In this document: piece by piece, positions 25,251 to 34,533 of the stretch
How the letters are laid out: the number at the start of each line of letters is the position of its first letter
Position numbering within the stretch: the stretch's first letter is position 1
DNA from: an uncultured delta proteobacterium
Lineage (GTDB): Bacteria; Myxococcota; Myxococcia; Myxococcales; Anaeromyxobacteraceae
Assembly (NCBI GenBank): GCA_963766715.1
Contig: CAVYBH010000009.1
Coordinates: 36,080-100,079, forward strand
Direction of reading: 5' to 3'
DNA length: 64,000 bases
Notes under the pieces: model-generated
What the model saw: the letters and a program-made list of their open reading frames with translations, nothing else
Told to the model about the DNA's origin: nothing
The model's database searches: none
Translations under genes and position numbers: made by a program

Positions 25251-25946
25251 TTACGGCAGGTGATAGCCCAGGAAGAGCTGCGTGGTGAAGGCGAATGCGG
25301 TGGCGGTCCCGCCGGGGATTCCGCCCCCGGGGGAGGAGTAGGCGTCGATCGCCGCGCCGAAGCGGGTGTTGAGGCCGACCGAGACGTCCGGCGTGGGGTG
25401 GTACTCGACGTACGGACCGGCCGCCGGGCCGAAGACGAAGCGCGGCGAGAGCGGACCGCTCACGAGGAGGGTCATGTTGAAGTCGAGCCCGACGCCGACC
25501 TCGAGGTCCTTCTGGATCGGGAAGCCCATGACCACGCCCACCGGGAACTGGAAGCCGAACATCGCCGAGCTCGTCGTGTAGAGCTTGAGGCCCGGATCGA
25601 CGTGGAAGAGGAGCTTGAAGTCCTTGCTCTGCAGGAGCTGGAAGCGGAACGGCGCGTAGAACGACAGGCCGAACTGGCTGTCGGTCGAGCCCTCGAAGCC
25701 GTAGAGCAGGCCGAGGCGCAGGCTCACGTCGGACTTCGGGGTGAGGCCGAAGGTGTAGCCGAAGGTGGTGCTGGGCCAGCCGGCCTGGACGTCGAGCACG
25801 GGGCGGCCGGGGGCGACCGTCTCGGTGCCCACGACGCTCCAGCCGGTGAGGCCGGCGTGCTCGGCCTGCGCGGAGGCGGCAACGGGAGAGAGGGCGGCGG
25901 TGACCAGAATGGCGGCGGCGAGCGCGATGCGGCTGCGGGTCGTCAT
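25251..25946 (-). CDS. Secreted protein, probable outer-membrane beta-barrel
   Basis: Signal peptide ending ASA-Q, alternating aromatic beta-strand pattern, C-terminal LFLGYHL; GGAGG SD. Confidence 0.7.
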   Translation of the reverse strand: MTTRSRIALAAAILVTAALSPVAASAQAEHAGLTGWSVVGTETVAPGRPVLDVQAGWPSTTFGYTFGLTPKSDVSLRLGLLYGFEGSTDSQFGLSFYAPFRFQLLQSKDFKLLFHVDPGLKLYTTSSAMFGFQFPVGVVMGFPIQKDLEVGVGLDFNMTLLVSGPLSPRFVFGPAAGPYVEYHPTPDVSVGLNTRFGAAIDAYSSPGGGIPGGTATAFAFTTQLFLGYHLP

Positions 25947-26100
25947 GTTTCTGCCTCCTTCGAGGGGGGAATGCACGGGGCGCCGAAGTTCGGTGGGCCG
26001 CCCCGCGTGCAGGCTCCCTTTAGCGGTCAATGGCTCGGGGCGTCAAGCGGCGATGCACCTTCGGTGCCTTCGGTCCGCACCTTCGGTGCCGGACGTGCGG

Positions 26101-28246
26101 TCATCGTCCGTTTCCGCCCAGACGGGCGCGAAGCGCCTGCAGTACCTCGTTCGACCGGACGGCGGCGGCCTCGACCGAGGCGCCGCTCTCCGGGTCGTGC
26201 CGGACGTGGGCTCCGGCAGGGAAGTCCTCCAGGAAGCGGCTGACCGTCCTGGGCTCCAATCGGCCGCGCCTCGTCCGCGCGCTCGCCCTCGTGACCCAGA
26301 GCGACTCCCGGGCTCGAGTGATTCCGACGTAGGCGAGCCGACGCTCCTCCTCCAGGTCCCGCGCCTCGCCCTGGATGCCGGAGACCGGCAGGAGGTCCTC
26401 CTCGAAGCCGATCAGGAAGACGACCGGGAACTCGAGCCCCTTCGCGGCATGGAGCGTCATGAGGGTGACCCCCTCCGCGTCATCCGGCTCCTCGTCGCGC
26501 GAGTCGAGCGCCAGGCGCTGGAGGAACGACCGGAGCGTCGCCTTCGGGTCGCGGCGCTCGTGCGACTCCAGGGACCGCAGCACCGCGTCGACCGAGTCGA
26601 CCTTCCTGGCGCCGGCCTCGGCCGAGAGAACGCTCTGGCGAACCCAGTCCCGTAGGCCGAGTTCCTCGACCAGGGCGCGGCCACCCTCCGCCAATCGTCC
26701 GGCACCGAACCTGGCCCGACACCGTTCGATGGTCGCGGCAAACTCGGCCATCTTTTCCGGCGCCCCGCGTGGGATGTCCGGCACGGCGGACGCGGACTTC
26801 AGCCCCGAGGCCAGGGTCCTTTCATTCCGCGCCGCCCAGTCGGCGAGGCGGGCCATGGCAACGTCGCCGATTCCTCGTGGCGGGACGTTGGCGACCCGCG
26901 CCAGCGACACGTCGTCGTCGGGGAACGCGCAGATCTTGAGCCACGCGAGGACGTCGCGAACCTCGGCTCGGTCGAAGAAGGCGGGGCCGCCTTTGACTCG
27001 GTGACCGATTCCGAGCTCGCGGAGCGCTTCCTCGAGATGCTGGCTCTGTGCGTTCAGGCGGTACAGGACGGCAAAATCGGAGGCGGCCCTTCCCTCGGCC
27101 ATTCCGGTCCGGATCTCCCCCGCGACGAACCTCGCCTCCTCCTCCTCGTCCTGGAGGACCGCGACCCGGACGGGGTCGCCAGGACCCGCATCGGTCCAGA
27201 GACGCTTGGGGCGCCGCTCCGCCGATCGGGCGATCACCGCGTTCGCGCACTCGAGGATCCGCCCGGTGGAACGGTAGTTCTGCTCGAGCCGGATGATGGC
27301 GGCGCCCGGGAAGTGCCGCTCGAACCGGAGGATGTTGCGAACCTCCGCGCCTCTCCAGCCGTAGATGGACTGGTCGTCGTCCCCCACCGCGCACAGGCTC
27401 CGGCCGCTCCAGCCAGGGGGCACCTGGAAACCCTTGGGCTCGGCTTCCGGCCCGGCGTCGCGGGAAGAACGTCCGGGCGAAGATCGTCCGGCACCGCGCG
27501 TCGCGCGTCCCCGTCCGGCACCCAGGTCGGCCGCACACAGGAGCTCCAGCAAGCGCAACTGGACGCGATTCGTGTCCTGGTACTCGTCCACCAGGACGTG
27601 GCGGAACCTGTCGCGGTACGTGGCCCGGAGTGCTTCGTTTTCCTCCAGGAGGGCCGTGGGGCGGACGATCAGGTCGTCAAAATCCAGCGATCGCTGTGCG
27701 CGCAACGCCTGCTCGTACCGGGGGACGATCTCGTCGGCGATGGCCTCGTAGTCTCCGGCATCATCACCTGGTCCGGTGAGGCCCTTCGCCGGGCCGAATT
27801 GGTCCGACTTCCGGCGCGAGATGATCCCGAGGAGCTGCCGGACGTCGAACCGGCGCGATTCCATCTGGACGTCGCGAAGACATCGCTTGAGCAACGTCAT
27901 CTGGTCCCCCGCGTCGCAGATGGAGAACCATGCGGGCAGACCGGCGGCCTTGTGCTCTTCCCGGAGGAACCACAGGCCGAAGCCGTGAAAGGTCGCAACG
28001 TGGACCTTGCCACCAGCGGACCCCGCGAGAGCCCTCACGCGGTCCTTCATCTCCTTGGCGGCCTTGTTGGTGAACGTGACGGCGAGGATGCCTTCCGGGC
28101 GAGATCCCCTCCTCGATGAGCCATGCGACGCGATGTGCGATGACCCGGGTCTTGCCCGAGCCGGCGCCGGCAAGGACGAGCGCGGGCCCTTCGGGAAGGA
28201 CGACTGCCTGTCGCTGGGGAGGGTTGAGTCGGGACAGGTCGAGCAC
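26101..28246 (-). CDS. UvrD/Rep/PcrA superfamily 1 helicase (frameshift near 28100)
   Basis: [56 protein letters not shown]. Confidence 0.95.
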
Positions 28247-28372
28247 GGGGGCGTGCTATTGCCATGCGGGGGCCGGAGCTTCAAGGCCTTGACTTCGCCT
28301 CGAATCTCCGCGAGGACGGTGTCCGCTTCGTCCCTGAAATGGTCGGGACGAGAGTTGATCGGGAGAAGCCCC

Positions 28373-29086
28373 ATGTTCTGGCTCGAGCCACGGCCGTCCG
28401 GCCACCACGCCCCGCAGCACGGTAGCCCGCGGATGTTCCGCGTGGAGTGGATTGAAAAGCACCTGTCGCGCGTCCAGCCGTGGCAGGTCCTCATCGTCTG
28501 GGTTCCGGTGATCGCCTACCTCATCTATCGAGGACTACAGGTGCCGGACGTCTCGATCCCCGCGTTCCTCGGCGCCCTCTTCGGCGGACTGTTCTTCTGG
28601 ACCCTGCTCGAGTACGTGCTGCACCGCTGGGTCTTTCACTTCGTCCCCAGCCCGAACTCGCAGTTCGCCCAGGACGTCCACTTCCTGATTCACGGCGTCC
28701 ATCACGACTGGCCGCACGACCCGGACCGCCTGGTCATGCCGCCGGTGATGTCCATCCTGCTGGCGATCGTCCTCGGGTTCCCGATCTTCCTCGTGCTGGG
28801 GCCGCGCTTCTTCGATCCTTTCTTCGCCGGGCTCGTGAGCGGGTACATCTGGTACGACATGACCCACTACGCGGTTCACCACGTGAAGCCGCGGACCGAG
28901 GCCGGGGCCAAGCTCCGGAAGCACCACTACCTCCACCACTTCAAGCAGCCGGGTGCGCGGTACGGCGTTTCGACGCCGTTCTGGGACGTGATCTTCCGCA
29001 CCTTGCCTCGCGCGGATGGACCGGTGCCCGCGACGGCGTCGCCGGATGGCCCCACGCGCGCTCGCCCCAGCGGTGCCGGACGATAG
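28373..29086 (+). CDS. Fatty acid hydroxylase / sterol desaturase family (FA2H/Scs7-like)
   Basis: EYVLHRWVFH, HGVHHDWP-DPDRLVMPP, YDMTHYAVHH, HHYLHHF, YGVSTPFWD. Confidence 0.9.
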   Translation: MFWLEPRPSGHHAPQHGSPRMFRVEWIEKHLSRVQPWQVLIVWVPVIAYLIYRGLQVPDVSIPAFLGALFGGLFFWTLLEYVLHRWVFHFVPSPNSQFAQDVHFLIHGVHHDWPHDPDRLVMPPVMSILLAIVLGFPIFLVLGPRFFDPFFAGLVSGYIWYDMTHYAVHHVKPRTEAGAKLRKHHYLHHFKQPGARYGVSTPFWDVIFRTLPRADGPVPATASPDGPTRARPSGAGR

Positions 29087-29093
29087 TCTGACG

Positions 29094-29128
29094 ACGACGG
29101 GCCGGCGCTCCGCGCCGGCCCGTCGTTT
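29094..29128 (+). terminator. Perfect 15-bp hairpin between hydroxylase and RAYT-like gene
   Basis: ACGACGGGCCGGCGC-TCC-GCGCCGGCCCGTCGT followed by TT. Confidence 0.6.
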
Positions 29129-29143
29129 GCTAGTCCCGGTGGG

Positions 29144-29813
29144 ATGCCCCGCGTTCCCCGGTCCAGGCTCGTAGCGCCTGGCTCCACGCACCACTGCTTC
29201 TGGCGAAGCCACAACCGCACCCAGGTCCTGGGCTCGGACGCCGCGCGCCGCGAATTCCTCCGACTTCTCGCGAAGTACAAGGACCGGCACGGCGTCGCCA
29301 TCCACAGCTACTGCCTCATGGGAACCCATCCGCACGTGGTCTGCCGCTCGAGCCTCGGCCAGCGCTCCTTCAGCGCGTTCTGGAAGGTCGTCAACCAGTG
29401 CTTCGCCCGTTGGTACAATCGGCGGACCGGGGGCCGCGGACAGGTCGTCATGGAGCGCCTCGGCTCACCCAGGGTCCAGCGCGGAGGCAGGCACGAACTG
29501 GAGGTCATGATCTACGGCGACATGAATCCGGTCAGGGCCGGCATGGTGAAGCGCCCCAGCGAGTGGCCATGGTCCAGCCACGGACACTACGCATTCGGCC
29601 GACCGGACCCCCTGGTGACGGAGTCACCGGCTTACGCTTCGCTTGGCCGGAGCCCGGGAGAGCGCCGTCTCGCCTATCTCCGGCTCTTCGCGCGCCGATT
29701 CATCGACCGGCTGCGCCGGCATCGTCGCGACCTCGTCCGCGGGCCCGTTCATTGGAACCGTCCGATGGGTCGCGTCGATGGTCGAGACCGACGTCCCGGT
29801 TCCCGACGGGTGA
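29144..29813 (+). mobile_element. REP-associated / IS200-like HUH tyrosine transposase (Y1_Tnp, RAYT-like); probable frameshift near 29741
   Basis: MPRVPR N-terminus, HxxxRxHNR, YCLMGTHPH (HUH), YxxxNPVRAGMV (catalytic Tyr), WPWSS; corrected C-terminus GPFIGTVRW...PDG-stop at 29813. Confidence 0.88.
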
Positions 29814-29816
29814 GGC

Positions 29817-30809
29817 CTAGACGAGGCCGCGCTCCCGATACCATCGGGCCGCCTCTCTCATCCCCTCGACGAACGAGACCCGGGGCGTCCATCCAAGCTC
29901 TCGCCGGGCCTTCGCGGAGGAACAGGTCCACGCCGGCTCCCGAATCTCCATCATCTTGTCCAGGGAGAGGATGGCCGCCTTGCCCGTCACGCGCGATGCA
30001 GCCGTGGCCGCGCCGGCCGCGATCCAGCTCACGAATTCGGGCACGGCCAGGACGGCCCCGCGCTTCCCGAGAGCGCCCAGGGCGCCGCGCCCCAGCCCTT
30101 CCCAGGTGTATTCGACCCCGTCGTCCGCGAAGTAGACCCCTGCCGTCCCGGCCTCGTCGACCCGGGCGCCTCGCTCCGCGGCTGCGATGATGAGCTCGAC
30201 GAGATCGTTCACGTGGATGATGCTGTAGCGCTTGTCCCCCATCCCCGACTTCAGGATGACCCCCGTCCTCGCAAGCTGGAAGAGCGAGGGGAGGAACTCC
30301 TTGTCCCTGGGGCCATAGACGATCGGGGGCCGGACGATCGAGGCGTGGAGGGTGGCGGCGAACGAGCGAACCACCTGCTCCGCCTGGAGCTTGCTCTGCC
30401 CGTAGGCGCTCACCGGTGCCGGACGATCGGTCTCGGTGCGCGGCCTGGAAGGCGTTGACGGGCCCGCCGCTGCCAGGGACGAGACAAGGACGAATCTCGG
30501 CCGCCCGGACCGCGCAGCGGCCTCGGCGAGAGCCCTCGTCCCCTCCGCGTTGACCGCGAAGAGCTCGTCCCGGGTCACGGCCTTCACCAGTCCGGCCAGG
30601 TGGACCACCGCGTCGACGTCCGGCACCGCGTCGACCACCGTCTCCGGCTGGCTCACGTCGCCCCGGACGAGCTCCGCCCCCATCGCCTTCAATTCGCCTG
30701 CTCGGGCCGGGTCGCGGACGAGCGCGCGGACGAAATCACCGCGACCGAGCAACCGCTCGGCGAGCGTCGTCCCGATGAAGCCGGTGGCCCCGGTGATGAG
30801 CCAGCGCAC
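29817..30809 (-). CDS. NAD-dependent epimerase/dehydratase (extended SDR), candidate ceramide/3-ketosphinganine reductase
   Basis: TGATGFIG, VHLAG, VSSLAA, YGQSK, RPPIVYGP. Confidence 0.85.
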   Translation of the reverse strand: MRWLITGATGFIGTTLAERLLGRGDFVRALVRDPARAGELKAMGAELVRGDVSQPETVVDAVPDVDAVVHLAGLVKAVTRDELFAVNAEGTRALAEAAARSGRPRFVLVSSLAAAGPSTPSRPRTETDRPAPVSAYGQSKLQAEQVVRSFAATLHASIVRPPIVYGPRDKEFLPSLFQLARTGVILKSGMGDKRYSIIHVNDLVELIIAAAERGARVDEAGTAGVYFADDGVEYTWEGLGRGALGALGKRGAVLAVPEFVSWIAAGAATAASRVTGKAAILSLDKMMEIREPAWTCSSAKARRELGWTPRVSFVEGMREAARWYRERGLV

Positions 30810-30812
30810 GGC

Positions 30813-31998
30813 CTATTCGACCGGCATTTCGTAGAGGCGGTAGACCTTGGAGCGTCGAGCTCCGGCCGCCTCGATGGCCCTGTTGATGAGCGTGTTGTCC
30901 TCGAGCGTCCAGCTCACCTCGCCGCCCTCGTAGCCCGCCTGGTCGGCGCGCCGGATCGTCTCGACGATGAGCACCGCATCGAGGCCTCGCCGGCGCCAGC
31001 CTTCCTTGATTCCGAGCGCCATGAGCCGGACCTTCGTGATCCGCTTCTGGAACCAGAGGAGCTTTGCCAGTCCGACAGGCACACCGAAGGTCGTGAGGCG
31101 GCCACCGACCTTCTTGAAGGCCTGGTTGATGTCCGGCACCGTGAGGGAAAACGCGATCGGCTCCCCGTGGGCCTCGGCGACCAGCGCCAGCTCCGGCACC
31201 ACCAGCTGCTTCAGGTCCTTGGCCAGCTTGTCGAACTCGGCGTCCGTCATCGGGACGAACCCCCAGTTCTTTTCCCAGGCCGAGTTGTAGACCGTCTTGA
31301 TCCGCGCGACCTCGGCGTCGAAGTTCGCGACGTCGAGCGGCCGGACCGTGATTCCCTCGTGCGCCCGGATTCTTGTCGGCCACGCGGATGAAGCGTTCCG
31401 GCGCCGGCACCTTCGCCGACCGCTCGAACGCGAAGAGGTCCTTCGCCTTCCGGAACCCGCAGGACTCCAGCAATTCCGCGTAGTAGGGCGGGTTGTACGG
31501 CATCATCACGTACGGCGACGAATCGAACCCGTCCACGAGCAACCCGCACTCCTGGTTGGTGGAGAGGCTCATGGGCCCGATGACCTGCTGGAGCCCGCGC
31601 CACCGGGCCCAGTTCCGCGCCGCAGCGACGAGCGACGCCGCGACGCCCGGGTCGTCGATCGACTCGAAGAGCCCGAAGTAGCCGACCTTGCAACCGTGGA
31701 ACGCGTTGTAGTTCCGGTCCTCGACGGCGGCGATCCGCCCGACGATCTTGCCCTCCCGGCGGGCCAGGAAGAGGGCCACCTCGGCGTGACGGAAGAACGG
31801 ATTGTGCGCCGGGTCCAGGAACTCGTGCCGCTCCATGATGAGCGGGGGAACCCAGAACGGGTCGTCCTGGTACAGCTCGAACGGGAGCCGGACGAAGCGG
31901 TCCTTCTCGAGCCCCGACGAGACCAAGGTGACTTCGACGTCCTTGGCGGGCTGGGCGACCTCGGTGATGTTCGGAACGACGACAGGTCTGGTGGTCAT
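30813..31998 (-). CDS. GNAT-fold N-acyltransferase, candidate bacterial ceramide synthase (frameshift near 31370)
   Basis: DPFWVPPL, NPFFRHAE, GRIAA, FGLFE, MPYNPPYY, WEKNWGFVP, RRRGLDA, SWTLEDN; directly downstream of AOS-family gene. Confidence 0.8.
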
Positions 31999-32026
31999 GG
32001 CGGGGTCCTGGCGTGGGGGGGTCGCG

Positions 32027-33565
32027 TCAGGCGTCCCGCTGATTGTCGCTCGAATTCTGCTGGCGGCGGGACATGAAGTTCATGCCGGCCGACAAGAGCA
32101 TGGTGGGCAGCTGCCGGCGCTTCTCCCAGAGCTTCAGGGGCAGTTCCTTCAGCTGCTGCAGATCCTCCGGCCCCGCGTTGACGGCCTTCCAGGTGATCAT
32201 CTCGGCCGCATCCGAGAGCCTGCGCGACCAGGGCTCGCTCGTCTGGGTGAGGACGTCGAGGATCTCGAGCCGGGCGCCGCCGTCCTGCTGGCCGGTCGCG
32301 GTCGTGTCCCCGTCGTGCGACGAGTAGAAGCCCGTCACGCCGGGGCGCGCCATCTTGACCTCGACGCGGGTGTGCGGCCGCTCCTGGGGAATGAGTCCGA
32401 GCTCGCGTCCGGCCTTCTGGAACATCTCCAGGGCCCGGTCGATCTGGTCGTCGGTGTGCGTCGCCATGAAGACGGTGCGGACGAGCTCCTTCTCCACGGC
32501 CGGCTTCACCACCGGGCTCGCGAAGAGCCCGAGATCCGTCAGCTTCCGCCAGAACTTGAAGGTGAGCGCCTGGTCGCCGACGACCACCGGCACCACCGGC
32601 GAGACCGACGGCTGGGTGTCGAAGCCCATTCCGCGCAGCTCGCGGTGGACCCGCTCCGAGATGTCCCAGAGCCGCTCGCGCCGCTCGGGCTCCTGCTCGA
32701 TGATCTCGAGCGCCTTCAGGGCCGCGGCCGCCGCGGACGGGGTCATCGACGCGCTGAACACGAGGGCGCGCGCCTTGTGCTTGATCCAGTTGATGACGTC
32801 CGCCCGGCCGGCGATGACGCCGCCGATGGAGGCCAGCGACTTCGAGAACGTCGTCATGATCAGGTCGACGTCCTCGTGGACGCCGAAGTGCTCGCCGGTG
32901 CCCTTGCCGCCCGGCCCCATCACGCCGAAGCCGTGGGCCTCGTCGACCATGAGCCGCGCGCCGTACTTCCGCTTCAGCTCGACGATGGCGGGGAGGTTCG
33001 CGAGGTCCCCCTCCATGGAATAGACGCCGTCGACGACGATGAGCTTGCCTGCGTTGGGCTCGGAGTTGGAGAGGAGCCGCTCCAGGTCCTCCATGTTGTT
33101 GTGCCGGAAGCGCTTGGTCTCCCCGTAGGACGCCTGCATGCCCTCGACGAGCGAGGCGTGGACCATCCGGTCGGCGAAGATGATGTCGTGGCGCAGGACG
33201 AGCGACGAGATGGTGCCGAGGTTCGTTCCGAAGCCGGTGGAGAAGACGACCGCGGCTTCCTTCCCGAGGTACCTGGCGAGCCGGTGGTCGAGCTCGTCGT
33301 GGAGCTTCATCGTCCCGTTCAGCACCCGGGAGCCGCAGGTGGACGCGCCCCAGCGGCGGGCCGCCTCCGCGGCGGCCTCCATCACGCGCGGGTCGTTCGC
33401 AAGGCCGAGGTAGTTGTTCGAGCAAGCCATGATGAGGCGCTTGCCGTCGACGACGACCTCGGTGCCGTCCGTTTCCTCGATGACCCGGTAATAGGGGTAG
33501 TGACCTGCGATCTTGAGGACCTGGGCGTCCTTCCAGGCAGCACACTTGTCAAAAAGATCAGCCAT
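32027..33565 (-). CDS. Alpha-oxoamine synthase (serine palmitoyltransferase/BioF family) with C-terminal extension
   Basis: YPYYR, SNNYLGL, GSRVLNGT, HASL, DGVYSMEGD, DEAHG, TFSKSLASIGG. Confidence 0.9.
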   Translation of the reverse strand: MADLFDKCAAWKDAQVLKIAGHYPYYRVIEETDGTEVVVDGKRLIMACSNNYLGLANDPRVMEAAAEAARRWGASTCGSRVLNGTMKLHDELDHRLARYLGKEAAVVFSTGFGTNLGTISSLVLRHDIIFADRMVHASLVEGMQASYGETKRFRHNNMEDLERLLSNSEPNAGKLIVVDGVYSMEGDLANLPAIVELKRKYGARLMVDEAHGFGVMGPGGKGTGEHFGVHEDVDLIMTTFSKSLASIGGVIAGRADVINWIKHKARALVFSASMTPSAAAAALKALEIIEQEPERRERLWDISERVHRELRGMGFDTQPSVSPVVPVVVGDQALTFKFWRKLTDLGLFASPVVKPAVEKELVRTVFMATHTDDQIDRALEMFQKAGRELGLIPQERPHTRVEVKMARPGVTGFYSSHDGDTTATGQQDGGARLEILDVLTQTSEPWSRRLSDAAEMITWKAVNAGPEDLQQLKELPLKLWEKRRQLPTMLLSAGMNFMSRRQQNSSDNQRDA

Positions 33566-33776
33566 TTGCCCTCGTGGTCGTTCGGGAAAAATGCGGTTCC
33601 CCGGGGTTACCTACCGGCCGTGGGTGGAGGGAGTCAAGTGGCGCGGCGCGTCGTCGGACCCCCAGGGGGGGCGACCGCGCTTCCATCGGTGCCGGACGAT
33701 CGCCCCGGAGTTACATCCCGTCCCGACCGTTCCATCGCACCTCCAACCCATTCCGCAGCTGGAAAGGACCCGAACC

Positions 33777-33980
33777 TTGGCCACCTACAAGAAGATCGAA
33801 GTCGTCGGAACCTCGTCGAAGAGCGTCGCCGACGCCGTGAAGTCTGCCGTCGCGGGAGCCGGGAAGAGCGTCCGGAACATGAGCTGGTTCGAGGTGGCCG
33901 AGATCCGCGGCGCCATCAAGGGCGGCGAGGTCTCCGAGTTCCAGGTCACGGTCCGCATCGGCTTCAAGGTCGAGAGCTAG
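33777..33980 (+). CDS. Dodecin family flavin-binding protein
   Basis: YKKIEVVGTS...WFEV.EIRG...FQVTVRIGF; TTG start after AAAGGA. Confidence 0.9.
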   Translation: MATYKKIEVVGTSSKSVADAVKSAVAGAGKSVRNMSWFEVAEIRGAIKGGEVSEFQVTVRIGFKVES

Positions 33981-34028
33981 GCCCTCGACCGAGCCAACCA
34001 CCGCGTTGCGGCGCGGCGACCCGCCGGC

Positions 34029-34454
34029 TCAGATGCCGTCGAGGTCGCCGCTCGCCACCCGGGTGGCGAGGAACCGGCCCAGTTCCATGTCGGAGCGGCT
34101 GATGTGCCGCTTCAGCCACTCGGCGATCCAGTTGTTCATCCGGATCCCGACCAGGACGTTGGGCCCCTTCTCCCGGAATTCCTGCCGCATGTGCTCGTAG
34201 TCGCGGATGAACCGTTCGTGCTCGGCCTTGTGGCGCGCGTAGTCGGGGTAGGCGCTGCGGAGCATCCACCGCTCCTCGGCCCCGAAGTGCTTGACCACGT
34301 AGCCGCCCAGGAACTCCAGCAGTCGCTCGACGTCCGCCCCGTTGCCCCGGGACACGCCCTCCACGAGCCGGTCGATCCGGAGGAAGAGCTCCTGATGCTG
34401 GTGGTCGATTTCGGGGACGCCGATCGCGAGAGCGGGGGTCCACGGAATGGCCAT
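34029..34454 (-). CDS. Bacteriohemerythrin
   Basis: W...IGVPEIDHQH, HFGAEE, HKAEH, WLKRHI..SD. Confidence 0.92.
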   Translation of the reverse strand: MAIPWTPALAIGVPEIDHQHQELFLRIDRLVEGVSRGNGADVERLLEFLGGYVVKHFGAEERWMLRSAYPDYARHKAEHERFIRDYEHMRQEFREKGPNVLVGIRMNNWIAEWLKRHISRSDMELGRFLATRVASGDLDGI

Positions 34455-34533
34455 ATGCGGTGCTCCCTCCACGAGGCAATCACGCCGGTCCTCGTCGTGG
34501 CGACCGGGGTCCAGCGGGTACGCGTAAGAGGCT

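Noticed and set aside
29144..30190. 348-aa form of the transposase ORF, or a TnpB partner
   Set aside because: The extension overlaps the antisense SDR gene and disappears with a one-base correction near 29741; no RuvC/TnpB-like gene is adjacent.
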